Counted from the whole stretch's first letter, positions 20,715 to 30,825 are shown. The stretch: DNA of 63,815 nucleotides, filler included, from Myxococcota bacterium (GCA_023150835.1; 4 parts of 4 records of this genome joined end to end with filler, not necessarily neighbours in it); one strand, 5' to 3'. Numbers and translations are program-made. The notes: generated from the sequence alone by a model not told the origin.

Positions 20715-21658
20715 CGAAGGCGGCGAAAGTGGAGCTTGAGTTGTCGAACGCGGTCGCAGCGAAGGGTGAGTAAGACGCGGCGAACGAAAGGCAAGTGTTC
20801 GAGAGAAGAGAAGCTGCATGAGCCGATGGTTTCTTCGGATGTTCCGTCGTGGTCGAGGATCCGCAGCCCAAGGGGTTCGCGCCCTGTAAGATAAAGGCGG
20901 GTGGTGGCATTCCATTGAGGGCGGTGGGTATTGCGAAGGATCGGGGTTTTGAATTCGTGGGAGCCGATGCGCAAGTACACGTAGGGATCGGGCTTTCCGT
21001 TCATGATATCCCACGACTTGCCATCGGGATTGTGGAGGGGGATCTCGGCGCTGCGGATCGTCACTTCGTAGAGGCCGGCACGCAAGCCTCTGGGTCGGTG
21101 GGCGCGGGGGTTGGGGACAAACAACAAAGTTAGCGCGTACACCTGACCGATCTGCAACGTCCAAGTTCCCCCTTGTTCGAGGATATGCGGCGGGATAGGG
21201 ATATCGTCGCGCTGTCCGATCAGATCATCGCGTTGCAGATCGGTATCCCAGATCGAAGCAGACAAACGAACGCCCCGATGCAAGGCGATCGATTCGGTGG
21301 TTCCCCACTCTGGAAGCAGCGAGTCTGAGATCTTGTGCGTGCGGATCACAAGGCCATTGGAAAAACGCAACAGAGCGTAGGCATCGGGAAGGCTCGTTCC
21401 TTCGAGAGCGTTGTGATGGCGTAGGACGCTGCGCCATCGGTCAATCGGCGTTTTTTGGAGTGTCTCGGTCAGTTTAAGCCGTTGTGTTCGGCCTCCCAAA
21501 CAAAAGTCCCAACACCCGCCATCTGCTTTGTTCGGCAAGATATGAGCACCAACGACCACCACGCGATATTCCATCGGTTGGGCCGCAACCTCAGTGGAGA
21601 TCACAAACAGCAAGCTGTAGAACAAAAGGCCAAGGTGAAAAACAACGGTATCTCGCAT
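20711..21658 (-). CDS. secreted protein with two C2-like domains
   Basis: Signal peptide (..VAA-Q). Two copies of DG..WD...PD(A/P)Y...T......P.W...I.D.D....IG. Confidence 0.75.
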   Translation of the reverse strand: MRDTVVFHLGLLFYSLLFVISTEVAAQPMEYRVVVVGAHILPNKADGGCWDFCLGGRTQRLKLTETLQKTPIDRWRSVLRHHNALEGTSLPDAYALLRFSNGLVIRTHKISDSLLPEWGTTESIALHRGVRLSASIWDTDLQRDDLIGQRDDIPIPPHILEQGGTWTLQIGQVYALTLLFVPNPRAHRPRGLRAGLYEVTIRSAEIPLHNPDGKSWDIMNGKPDPYVYLRIGSHEFKTPILRNTHRPQWNATTRLYLTGREPLGLRILDHDGTSEETIGSCSFSSLEHLPFVRRVLLTLRCDRVRQLKLHFRRLR

Positions 21659-21692
21659 TTGCGTCTCGCATCGGTTTGGGTGGCGTTTCGTG

Positions 21693-22547
21693 TTAGGGGG
21701 AGCGGCGGTGGAAGTTGTATCGGACGTCTTTGACGCGAAGGCGTGTGTAGACGAAGGGGCCTGTTTTGAGGCTCCATGCGACTTCGACCTGTGTGGGGAT
21801 CTGGATGCCTTGAAAGGCTTTGTAGTGGCTGGCGTCACCGAACCAATGGCGTTGTTGGTTGGCATCACGAAAGCGCAAGCCATCGACGCGAGTGAGTTGC
21901 CCTTTTGGATCGACGTGGAGGGTGAGATCGGCGCTGGCGTATTTTCCGAGGAAGGTGAGTTTTGCGCGCTGGTGATCGATCGGTTTCCAGCGTAGATGGG
22001 GATTTTGTAGGAAAGAAGTGGGGAACCACATCATCTCGGCGAGGTAGCGCATGAGTGCGCCTTGATCGATATCAGGCCCCTTGGCATCGGCGATATCAAA
22101 GGAAGAGAGCAGACGAATCCACATGGAGCCGCGCCCATCGCGGTAATGATCGCGTGCATCGAGCCAAAACAAGGTCGAAGCCTGCGCACGGGCAACCCAC
22201 AAAAAGGCGGGTGGATCGATGCTAAAGTATTGGAGGGCCGTCAGCGGCATCCAAGCTTGGTGAGGGTCGGTGCGGATTACGCCTTGTTGCGTCAGGTAGA
22301 CGCTTTCGATCAACGGTGTGCCTTCAGGGATCGCGTAGCGCAGATAACGTTGGATCGGCGGTGGCAACGAAGTGAGCATTGAAGCATGAAAACGCCCTTG
22401 AATCGGCCTGATCTGGTTGATAAAGCTGTGCGTTTCGCGGTTGATCTGGCTTTGGTGCTGCGCGTTGCCCCACGTGATCCAAGTGGCCAAGATCCCCAAA
22501 CACACAAGAACAAAAAGCACAAGCACAAGCACAATGCGTTTCCACAT
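21693..22547 (-). CDS. membrane-anchored DUF6920/DUF6544-like protein
   Basis: N-terminal TM, LPPPIQRYLRYA, ALMRYLAEMMWFPT. Confidence 0.75.
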   Translation of the reverse strand: MWKRIVLVLVLFVLVCLGILATWITWGNAQHQSQINRETHSFINQIRPIQGRFHASMLTSLPPPIQRYLRYAIPEGTPLIESVYLTQQGVIRTDPHQAWMPLTALQYFSIDPPAFLWVARAQASTLFWLDARDHYRDGRGSMWIRLLSSFDIADAKGPDIDQGALMRYLAEMMWFPTSFLQNPHLRWKPIDHQRAKLTFLGKYASADLTLHVDPKGQLTRVDGLRFRDANQQRHWFGDASHYKAFQGIQIPTQVEVAWSLKTGPFVYTRLRVKDVRYNFHRRSP

Positions 22548-22573
22548 CCGAATACTCCAGTCGGGTCTAGTGC

Positions 22574-22598
22574 GTAGACGCTCTATTCTTGGGCAGCC
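22574..22598 (-). repeat. family A REP fragment at contig end
   Basis: gtagacgctctattcttgggcagcc matches the family A core. Confidence 0.7.
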
Positions 22599-22698
22599 NN
22601 NNNNNNNNNNNNNNNNNNNNNNNNNNNNNNNNNNNNNNNNNNTTAATTAATTAANNNNNNNNNNNNNNNNNNNNNNNNNNNNNNNNNNNNNNNNNNNN
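22599..22698. other. artificial contig linker
   Basis: N44-TTAATTAATTAA-N44 (stops in all frames). Confidence 0.98.
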
Positions 22699-22837
22699 CG
22701 AACTGAGGCGGCATTCGAGGGTCTCTACATGCTCTCTATCGTTTACTAACAACTTGGCTTGCGCCACTTCCTCTGTTGTCGTCTGGTCAACCGGACTTGC
22801 CGAAACAAGCCCGCCCCTTTAGGGGTGGGTCATTGAC
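22699..22837 (-). ncRNA. 5' part of HEARO/omegaRNA (IscB-type IS200/IS605 element), truncated by the gap
   Basis: Minus strand GTCAATGACCCACCCCTAAAGGGGCGGGCTTG-tttcgg-CAAGTCCGGTTGACCAGAC ... ACCCTCGAATGCCGCCTCAGTTCG, matching the recalled HEARO layout. Confidence 0.85.
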
Positions 22838-22915
22838 CAAATACCTCCCAAAGCGCGTCGGATGGGGAAGTTGCGTCATACAACCGCCACCGTGAGACGG
22901 CGCGATCTTGTGATG

Positions 22916-24106
22916 CTAAGGCGCTGTGTGGTACAGCACGGTCGCACGACTGCGTTGTACTGGGGCGTTGGGGTGCGGGATCTGTTGAAAACTGGTTTTG
23001 GGTTTGTCAGTGTTCTCGGCTTTTTCAGGAGCGACTCCAACGCGAGTAGCAAAGAAGATCACCGACAAGACAAGCAATCCACCGCCGGCCCCTACGATGC
23101 CATAGCCGATGCGTTCTTCGCCGGCGTGTTGGTTCCATTTGTTGGTGAGGTCTCGTTGGCTGAGGCTATGCGAATCAGGAGCATTCGCTTGGGTTTTAAC
23201 GGACTGAAAGCCCGAATTGGCACCCGCAAGCAACACAGCCCCTGTCACACCGGCGGCAACACCAAGAGCCAACAACGTCCATCCCGGCCAACTTTTGACC
23301 CAAGGTCGTTCGCCGACTTCGGTCGGACCCGAAGCGCCTTGAACGAGGACCACCGAGAGACTCTCGGCTTGTTCGGGAGAGACACTGACTTGGCGATTGA
23401 CTGATTGGTAGCCGGGGTATTTGATCTGCACAACATGCGAGCCGATGGGGATCTTGAGGTTTTCAAGCGGTGTTTTACCCCAAGAACGACCGTCGATCTC
23501 GACATCCGCGCCGCTTGGGGTGCTGGTGACGGAAAGCTGGCCTGTGACGGGCTGCAAGGTAAAGGTCATCCGCAGTTCTGCACCACCGACAACGTTGATC
23601 CCTTGGACGATCTTGGCGTGGTTGGGGTGAGAGAGCTCGATCTTGTGTTCACCTGCATCCAAGGGCAATGGACGAAGCGGCGCGGTTCCCACGACTTTGC
23701 CGTTGATCGATACGGTGGCTCCAGAGGGCGAGATCAACAGGTTGAGTGTGCCTTTGGAAAGCGTTGTTTTGAGAAAAGCGATCTTGCTTTCAAAGCGGGC
23801 TTTGAGGACGGCGGGGGGATTTTCGTTGATCCCACGCTCGGAGGCTTGGAGGGCTTCACGATAACGCTTAAGCGCCTCAAGACATTTGACGATGGCGAAG
23901 GTGATCTTTGGATTGGCCCAGAGTGTGTGCGCTTGGGTGTAAAGGCCGAGAGCCTTTTCGTAGTCTCCTTTGTCGTAGGCGACAGCGGCATCGGCGCTCA
24001 GTTTGACGACTTTTTTGGCGTCCTCTTCGGAGGGGTTGTTTTGGGCCAAGACAGGGAAAGCCCCAAACAGAAAACATCCCAACACAAAAGAAATTACATA
24101 CTTCAA
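22916..24106 (-). CDS. secreted TPR + tandem PEGA domain protein with C-terminal hydrophobic segments
   Basis: Signal peptide; PSGATVSING..GTAPL and STPSGADVEIDG..GKTPL. Confidence 0.9.
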   Translation of the reverse strand: MKYVISFVLGCFLFGAFPVLAQNNPSEEDAKKVVKLSADAAVAYDKGDYEKALGLYTQAHTLWANPKITFAIVKCLEALKRYREALQASERGINENPPAVLKARFESKIAFLKTTLSKGTLNLLISPSGATVSINGKVVGTAPLRPLPLDAGEHKIELSHPNHAKIVQGINVVGGAELRMTFTLQPVTGQLSVTSTPSGADVEIDGRSWGKTPLENLKIPIGSHVVQIKYPGYQSVNRQVSVSPEQAESLSVVLVQGASGPTEVGERPWVKSWPGWTLLALGVAAGVTGAVLLAGANSGFQSVKTQANAPDSHSLSQRDLTNKWNQHAGEERIGYGIVGAGGGLLVLSVIFFATRVGVAPEKAENTDKPKTSFQQIPHPNAPVQRSRATVLYHTAP

Positions 24107-24126
24107 GGTCTCGTTCCTCCCGTAGT

Positions 24127-26115
24127 TTAAGGGACTTCGATGTTGATTTCGCGCAGTCGAACATTGTAAGATTTACGATTCGCTTTCGCAGGGATGACGA
24201 GTTTTGCAGAAAAGAAACCACCGCGCTTGATCTGCAAAGTCATGGGCTGATGGTTCGGCTTCTTGACAGTCAAGGGAGTTTTGCCAAGGGCTTCTCCGTC
24301 AGTTCCAAGCACCGTTGCTCCAGACGGAGAAGACGTCACACGAATCTCGGTATAGCGAGACTTTTTGCGCGGAAACTTTCGAGGATGGCTCCGAACTGTC
24401 GGAGGTACGGGCCGATCTTCGACTTCGCGGTGCGGGGGGGTAGGACGATCGGTGGTCTCGCGGCGCGGGGTGGGTTCTGTGCGGCGTTCTGGGGTGGGTT
24501 CTGTGCGGCGTTCTGGGGTGGGTTCTGTGCGGCGTTCTGGGGTGGTATTGCGTTGCGCAGGAGCAGCGCCACGCTGCGCAGGATTGGGCGTGTTGGGCGT
24601 GGCATCACGGGGGTTTGTGGGTGCATGAGCCGAAGCTACAGTTGTTCCTTTGGTGGGCTGGTCTGGTTTGGTCGAAGAAAACCACCAGACGCCAAGCAAC
24701 AACACGGGGATCGCCAAAAAGATCGAGGCTTTGCCATAAACGCTGCCAAAGAATCCGCTGCGTTGGGGGCTAAAGGTGGTGCTACCGCTGAAGCTATTGC
24801 TTTTGAGTTCGTTTTCGATGGACTTGAGTTGTTCGAATACTTCTTCGGCGGTGGGACGGCGTTTTGGGTCTTGTGCAGTCATGCGTTCATACAACGAACG
24901 CAGCGTTGGTGGGATCTCCAGATTTTTCGGTAGATGAACGCCTTTTCCTGTGATGCGGCTGATGCGCACCATATCTTGAGAAGCATCCCCAAAGGGTTTT
25001 TCGCCTGTGAGCATATAATACAAGATCAGACCGATCGAGAAGATATCCGCAGGATACGAGACTTCTTTGGGAGAAGTGATCTGTTCGGGAGCCATATAAC
25101 GCGGCGTCCCCAGAACGACGCCTTGGCGTGTGAGATCGGATTCTTCGGGCCCGTCAGCAAATTTGACCACACCAAAGTCAAAGATCTTCACAAAGTCGTC
25201 ATGACCTTTGAGGTGCAACAACATAATGTTAGAAGGCTTGAGATCACGGTGGATCAGGCCGCTGGCGTGGGCTTCCATCAACGATTGCGCGATCTGTTTG
25301 GTGATATGGACGGCGCGCTCGGTGTCAAAGGCTTCGCCTTTTTTAAGGATCTGGTTGAGGTTGGTGCCTTCGACAAACTCCATCACAAGGTAGGGTTCGC
25401 CCCATTGGCTGACGTTGTAGTCGTAGACACGGACGGTATGGGGACTCGACAGCAGCGTCGATGCCTTGGCTTCGCGCACGAAACGGCGGCGTGATTCTTC
25501 GTTGCTGAGGGTGCCGGGGGCGATCACTTTGATGGCAACTTGTTTTCCGAGCTTGGTATGGGCGGCTCCGTACACGATACCCATGCCGCCTTCGGCGATC
25601 TTGTGAGTGATGCGATATTTGTTGTCGAGAACAGAGCCGACGCTCGTAAACGCGGGGCGTTTGTTTTCGAGAGGCAGATCCACTTCGGAAGCGTCTTCAA
25701 AGCGTTGGATGCGGTTAAAGATCGAATCATCATTGGGGGGTCGAAGGCCGCTCAAGCTATTGATCGACATCGACATCGAAGAATCGCTGCTTGGGGGAGG
25801 CGAAAAGTCTTCGGGGTTGGAAGACAGAGAAGCCGACTCGTCTTCGAGTTCTTTGAGATCGGCAAGGTGGTTGGGTTTCGATGAAGACGAGCGAAACTCC
25901 ACAGGCAAAATGTCGGGTGGGGCATCGCTGTTTTGGTTGTCTTTCCACGCAGCGATGGAGTCTTTGGTGTTCATGGATGGCGTGGATGCTCCGTTGGTTG
26001 GGGGAGAGGCGGCGTTCTCCGCAGAAGAAGACAGCGCGGTACGCTCAGCAGCCTCTTCGCTGGATGGACTGACTTCGCTTTTGATTTGGTTTGCTTTGCC
26101 TTCTTTTTCGTTCAT
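24127..26115 (-). CDS. membrane Ser/Thr protein kinase with C-terminal PEGA domain
   Basis: AEGGMG, VAIK, HRDLKPSN, DFG, GTPRYMAPE, TM, PTPERRTE repeats and SSPSGATV..GKTPL. Confidence 0.95.
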   Translation of the reverse strand: MNEKEGKANQIKSEVSPSSEEAAERTALSSSAENAASPPTNGASTPSMNTKDSIAAWKDNQNSDAPPDILPVEFRSSSSKPNHLADLKELEDESASLSSNPEDFSPPPSSDSSMSMSINSLSGLRPPNDDSIFNRIQRFEDASEVDLPLENKRPAFTSVGSVLDNKYRITHKIAEGGMGIVYGAAHTKLGKQVAIKVIAPGTLSNEESRRRFVREAKASTLLSSPHTVRVYDYNVSQWGEPYLVMEFVEGTNLNQILKKGEAFDTERAVHITKQIAQSLMEAHASGLIHRDLKPSNIMLLHLKGHDDFVKIFDFGVVKFADGPEESDLTRQGVVLGTPRYMAPEQITSPKEVSYPADIFSIGLILYYMLTGEKPFGDASQDMVRISRITGKGVHLPKNLEIPPTLRSLYERMTAQDPKRRPTAEEVFEQLKSIENELKSNSFSGSTTFSPQRSGFFGSVYGKASIFLAIPVLLLGVWWFSSTKPDQPTKGTTVASAHAPTNPRDATPNTPNPAQRGAAPAQRNTTPERRTEPTPERRTEPTPERRTEPTPRRETTDRPTPPHREVEDRPVPPTVRSHPRKFPRKKSRYTEIRVTSSPSGATVLGTDGEALGKTPLTVKKPNHQPMTLQIKRGGFFSAKLVIPAKANRKSYNVRLREINIEVP

Positions 26116-26443
26116 CGCAGATGCCTTTTGTGATGGGCGTGGAGTCCGAGCAAGACCGAATCCTCGGGTTCCTATCGCAACATGCCTTGTCGCATCCCTC
26201 GCATTGTATTCTCAAACTGTGATGCGGGTCAACAATACCGTTTCAACAGTCTGCTTGTTTGCATGATGCTTCTTCCCCAAAGAAAATAAAACCGACCACC
26301 ACAAACGGCTGCGTATTTTTGGATGAAAAGCCTATTTTTTATTTCAAATAGGTTATTTTATTTCAATTGGGTTCAGGGAGTAAAAGAAAAAACAATGTAA
26401 AGGAAAAATAGCTGAGGCGGGGATAGAAAAAACATAAGATCTT

Positions 26444-28141
26444 TCAGGCAGGAAGAAGCCAATCAAGCAGCTTAAAGACGATCGCCAACAGCAGCAAACC
26501 GTGCAAGCCGACAAACAGCGCATACGCCAAACGAGGCGAGCGATCAATAAAGTGAAGCACCGAAAAAACAGTACGTTTCATCAGCGTGGTCGGGCATTGG
26601 ATGGGGAAATAACCGCTATGGATTTTTGCAAGAGCGTCCAACATCTCTTTGGCCGACTGAAAGCGTTCCTCGGGGTGCTTGCGCATCCCCTTTGAGAGGA
26701 AATGCGCCACTTCGATCGGGGTGTTGGGCTGTGCTGGATGGCGCAGGACAAACACCGAACGCGGTTCTTCTTTGGCGACGGCAAAAAGGATCTCAAAGAG
26801 GCTTTCTTTGTTGCCGAGATAGTGTTGAAGGGAAAGGAATTCGTAGAAGACCACGCACAAGCTGTACAGATCGCTGCGTGTATCGATGCGATCGTTGAGT
26901 CCAAGCGCTTGCTCGGGGGACATATACATCGGCGTGCCGATCAATCGGTTGTTTTGGGTTTGGAGATGTAGCTGTTCGGAAAGATGCTTGCGATCTTGTT
27001 CGAGCGCATGGGCAAGTTCATCCATTGAGTCAGATGTCGCCGATGTCGCCGATGTCGCCGATGTCTGCGATGTCTGCGATGTCTGCGATGCCTGCGATGC
27101 CTGCGATGCCTGCGATGCCTGCGATGTCTGCGATGTCTGCGATGTCTGCGATGTCTGCGATGCCTGCGATGTCTGCGATACCTGCGCTGCTTGTGATGTT
27201 AAGGATGCTGTGTTCGATGGGGCGGACGAGTTGATGCGTTTGGCGATGCCCCAGTCCATGACAAGGACTTCAAAGTGGGGGCCGATCATGATGTTGGCGG
27301 GTTTGAGGTCACGGTGCAAGATGCCCTGAGCATGGGCAAAATCGATGGCTTTGAGGATATCGATCAAGATCTGGAGGCGTTGCGTGAGCGGAAAACGGGC
27401 ATGATAGGCGGGATCGCCCGAACGGAGTTTGTCGATGATATCTTCGAGGGTTTCGCCTTGGACGTACTTCATCACAAAGTAGTAGCATCCGTCTTTATCG
27501 AGGCCGACATCGTGGATTGGGACGATATTTGGATGTTCCAATTGTCCGACGATACGGACTTCTTCGGCAAAGCGAACGACGGGTGCGGTGGTGTGGAGTT
27601 CGGACTTTAGGCGCTTGATCGCGACCATGCGTTGGATGTCTTTGTCGAAGGCGAGGTCGACTTCTCCCATCGCGCCGCTGCCAAGCGAACGCTTGCTTTG
27701 GTAGCGTTCTTGTCCGTCGATCACCAGTTGAGGCGCTGCTGAATCAGACGACTTTTGTAAGCGCGGAAGGATGGTGGTTCGGAGTCCTTGTAGTCGGATC
27801 TGCTGTAGTTCTACCGAAGATGTACGGATGCCAAGACTGTAAATTCCCGAGGGTGCGGGAGATCGCGTTGCCAAGGAAAGATCGCCTTCGCTGTCGAAAG
27901 GGGAGTGAGATTGGCTCGTTGCCCTTGCATCGTCTGCGAAGGTTCTCTCAGCCTCGGCAGACAGGGCATTTGCAGCCTCGGCAGACAGGGCGTTTGCGGA
28001 GTCGCAAGCAAGGACATTTGCAGAGTCGGCAAAGAGGTAGGCAAAGGGATCAAGGGCGGGGTTGTCGTCAAGGGAAGTCGCAAAACCGAGGGCAGGAGAC
28101 CCCAAAGATGCGGTCTGTTGGGCGGATTCTTGTTTGGTCAT
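26444..28141 (-). CDS. Ser/Thr protein kinase with low-complexity insert and C-terminal TM
   Basis: GSGAMG, VAIK, HRDLKPAN, DWG, GTPMYMSPE. Confidence 0.93.
   Translation of the reverse strand: MTKQESAQQTASLGSPALGFATSLDDNPALDPFAYLFADSANVLACDSANALSAEAANALSAEAERTFADDARATSQSHSPFDSEGDLSLATRSPAPSGIYSLGIRTSSVELQQIRLQGLRTTILPRLQKSSDSAAPQLVIDGQERYQSKRSLGSGAMGEVDLAFDKDIQRMVAIKRLKSELHTTAPVVRFAEEVRIVGQLEHPNIVPIHDVGLDKDGCYYFVMKYVQGETLEDIIDKLRSGDPAYHARFPLTQRLQILIDILKAIDFAHAQGILHRDLKPANIMIGPHFEVLVMDWGIAKRINSSAPSNTASLTSQAAQVSQTSQASQTSQTSQTSQTSQASQASQASQASQTSQTSQTSATSATSATSDSMDELAHALEQDRKHLSEQLHLQTQNNRLIGTPMYMSPEQALGLNDRIDTRSDLYSLCVVFYEFLSLQHYLGNKESLFEILFAVAKEEPRSVFVLRHPAQPNTPIEVAHFLSKGMRKHPEERFQSAKEMLDALAKIHSGYFPIQCPTTLMKRTVFSVLHFIDRSPRLAYALFVGLHGLLLLAIVFKLLDWLLPA
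27033..27179. repeat. 9-bp coding microsatellite (SQT/SQA/SAT)
   Basis: gatg(t/c)ctgc and gatgtcgcc units. Confidence 0.95.
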
Positions 28142-28248
28142 TACGCACTCCCGACAACAAAAGAAAGAAGGTATCGGAAAACGTACCTAAGATGCACAAA
28201 ACACGAATCCGTTGCTGCTCGGAAAAAGATAGCCGTGAAATTGTTGCA

Positions 28249-28620
28249 AAAAAGCCGTGTTCGCAGCACTTCAAGCGGCAGGGATATTTGTTTGAGAAAC
28301 GAACACTCAGAGGGTGTTTGCGAAAAAGGTTTGCTATGGAGAGAAGGTGGTTGGATCCGCGATGTTCTGACCCCTCACTTCTTGGGCAGCCACAGGGGGC
28401 TGCCCCTACGTTTTACGATAACTCAACGAGCGGATCTCGTATAAGAGGGTGTCTAAAGCAGCGATATCTGTTGGAAGCGTACACATACGGGAGCGATCCG
28501 TAGCCAAAAAAGCCGTGTTCGCAAGCGTTCAAGCGAGAGAGCTGTTGGCTTTGAAAAACGCTGGCTAGACTATTCGGTGTTTCCACCTTAACAAGGCGCG
28601 TATGGGGTAGCCCCCCCCAC
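28249..28620. repeat. repeat cluster: two module-C copies, a family A half (28380-28441) and a family B fragment
   Basis: aaaagccgtgttcgca..ttcaagcg at 28249 and 28506; gggcagccacagggggctgcccctac..cggatctcgta-TAA; tttccaccttaacaaggcgcgtatgggg. Confidence 0.8.
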
Positions 28621-28650
28621 AACACAAGCCCAACTGCGCTCGGTAGAAGC

Positions 28651-29724
28651 TCAAAAACCGTTAACAGGTACACGCAACTGGAGATCGGCGTATGGCAAAG
28701 AAAACGGCTTGACTTTCCATTGCCTGAGGCGCCAACACAAACACCAGTACAGCTTTGCGTTGGCTTTGATGTGGGCGGGGCTGGTATGGCGGCGGATACC
28801 GACCTTGCCATCGGGGTACAAGCGCAAAGCAAGAGATAACGCCCCCAATGACGATGGGAATTGCAGCTTACGAAAACACGGAACCAAGCGCTTTTTGTGT
28901 TCTTCGATCTGCTTTCCGATCTCGATCGCTCCTGCAAGATCCGTCATCCCCCATTCGGCAGGGATCGAGAGCCAACCTTTCTTACGCGAGATTTGATGCA
29001 ACAAGGATCGTAAAGCACCGATATGCCGATCGATAGAGCGTCCACGCGGTTGTTCAAACAATTGCCCGTCACGAAACAGCACCCACTCGCCTTTGTGAAC
29101 CGCTGCAAACGTAGCCTCTTCGGGTGTTTTCATTGCACGCAACAAGAAGCGATCGTGAGGCCCCCAAAAAGAAACCTGCACCAACGATCGCTCTGGATCG
29201 AAACCCAAAGACCCGCTACAACGGTCCTCTTCACGTTCCGCATGACCCGCTCCACCACCCGATCGGTTTTTTTGAGATCCCTTTACGAGCGCGGGTTTGT
29301 TTTTTGCTGTGTCTGCCTTGGCTGACGGTGCTTCTTCACGACAGCGCGTTTTTTGCAGCCCCCAAAAAGCCCCCAACACCGCGTGGATCTCTTTGGTATC
29401 GATCAGCATCACTTCCGTCTCTTGTTCCTTTGGTTGGCGCGACACCCACCACTCTTTACCCTGCCTTATGATCGTAAAGATCTGCTGCGCTTTGCCTTGC
29501 CCCCAAACCACTTGTATCCGTTGCGTCCCCTCCAGATCCACACGCAAGGTTCCTGCTTGATGAGAAGAAACTTGCGGAAGCAAGGCCAGAACCGAAGTCC
29601 GCAACAGCTCTGCCTTCGACAATCGCGGCAAAGAGGGTTCAGGCGCGATACTTGGCTGGCACCCCAACAACAACAACCCCATCCCACACAAACCTCGTAT
29701 CATCCGAGACTTCGCTTTGCGCAT
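28651..29724 (-). CDS. lipoprotein, C-terminal AgmX/PglI (TonB-C-like) domain possible
   Basis: Lipobox LLLLGC; C-terminal LVPCF..G.LSL.L.L.PDGKV...C......WK...P. Confidence 0.65.
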   Translation of the reverse strand: MRKAKSRMIRGLCGMGLLLLGCQPSIAPEPSLPRLSKAELLRTSVLALLPQVSSHQAGTLRVDLEGTQRIQVVWGQGKAQQIFTIIRQGKEWWVSRQPKEQETEVMLIDTKEIHAVLGAFWGLQKTRCREEAPSAKADTAKNKPALVKGSQKNRSGGGAGHAEREEDRCSGSLGFDPERSLVQVSFWGPHDRFLLRAMKTPEEATFAAVHKGEWVLFRDGQLFEQPRGRSIDRHIGALRSLLHQISRKKGWLSIPAEWGMTDLAGAIEIGKQIEEHKKRLVPCFRKLQFPSSLGALSLALRLYPDGKVGIRRHTSPAHIKANAKLYWCLCWRLRQWKVKPFSLPYADLQLRVPVNGF

Positions 29725-29976
29725 CTTGCTTGCTCCCTACTCTTGACAAAACACTCGCCGACCCATTCCTGAACCTGCTATCCACAACTTCTTTTTCAAC
29801 AAAACACCCGTCCATTCGGGCCTTTCCCACCCTACCACGCCCACACACAAAGGCAAAAAATCCTCCTCACGTTGCCAAAAAGGCCAACGCTCCGCCATAC
29901 TCGCTGCGTTCCAAAGAGATGCGGCGAACATCAAGGGTTCGTTGCTTCAAACCACCGATACACAAGGGCTTTGCTT

Positions 29977-30822
29977 ATGCCGATGTCGCTCGTCTTGTGG
30001 CTTTCCGAACAGATATCACTTCTCAAACAACTCCCCCGCACAGGTTGGTTGCATCGCGGTGTGCCACAACCTGAATCCGTTGCATCCCACAGTTACGGCG
30101 TGATCTTTTGGACATGGTGGTTGGTGTATCGCGCTCAACAACGCGGGGTATCGCCTTTGCCTGACCTCCAAACAGCCCTATTGCTCGCCCTGTTGCACGA
30201 TCTCCCCGAAGCTGGAACGGGTGACTTGGTGCCTCGCCAACGCCGCCTGCTTTTTGGTGATGACAAAAACACCCGAAACAACGCCATCCGCACCGCCGAA
30301 GCCCGCTTTTGGCAAGAAGCGCCCTCCCCTCCAAATTCTCCACCCATCCCCACCCACCCACTCTCCCTTTCCGAACAAGATGCCCACTCAGCCGCTTCGG
30401 AATCTTCACGCTCTCCCATCTCCGAGCAAGATGCCCACTCGACCGCTTCGGAATCTTCACGCTCTCCCATCTCCGAGCAAGATGCCCACTCGACCGCTTC
30501 GGAATCTTCACGCTCTCCCATCTCCGAGCAAGATGCCTACTCGACCGCTTCGGAATCTTCACGCTCTCCCACCCTCGAACGCGATCTCGCTCAATTCATC
30601 GACAACGCCCACCAACGCTGGCAAACACTTCAAAACACCGAAACACCCGAGTCTCGCATCGTCAAACAAGCCGACAAATTGGATTGCTTGCTCCAAGCCT
30701 TGTTCTACTACCAAAAAGGCTACCCCCAAGCCCAAGACTTCGCCCGTTTGATCGATGACGCCGCTGGAGACGACGACGAACTCCGCACACAACTCCACCA
30801 AGCTTGGCATCACTCCCTCTAG
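29977..30822 (+). CDS. HD-domain hydrolase (YfbR/HDDC2-like 5'-deoxynucleotidase) with repeat insert
   Basis: LKQLPRTGW, ESVASHS, LLHDLPEA.TGD, VKQADKLD. Confidence 0.88.
   Translation: MPMSLVLWLSEQISLLKQLPRTGWLHRGVPQPESVASHSYGVIFWTWWLVYRAQQRGVSPLPDLQTALLLALLHDLPEAGTGDLVPRQRRLLFGDDKNTRNNAIRTAEARFWQEAPSPPNSPPIPTHPLSLSEQDAHSAASESSRSPISEQDAHSTASESSRSPISEQDAHSTASESSRSPISEQDAYSTASESSRSPTLERDLAQFIDNAHQRWQTLQNTETPESRIVKQADKLDCLLQALFYYQKGYPQAQDFARLIDDAAGDDDELRTQLHQAWHHSL
30370..30571. repeat. 51-bp coding tandem repeat x4 (SEQDAHSTASESSRSPI)
   Basis: Units start at 30370, 30421, 30472 and 30523. Confidence 0.95.
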
Positions 30823-30825
30823 CCC

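Noticed and set aside
22643-22654. TTAATTAATTAA as a biological motif
   Set aside because: Identical in all three N-gaps; it is an artificial linker. Cross-gap neighbourhoods were not interpreted.
26270-26440. AT-rich tract as a replication origin or foreign DNA
   Set aside because: Short, with no DnaA boxes or iterons recognised; more likely a promoter region.
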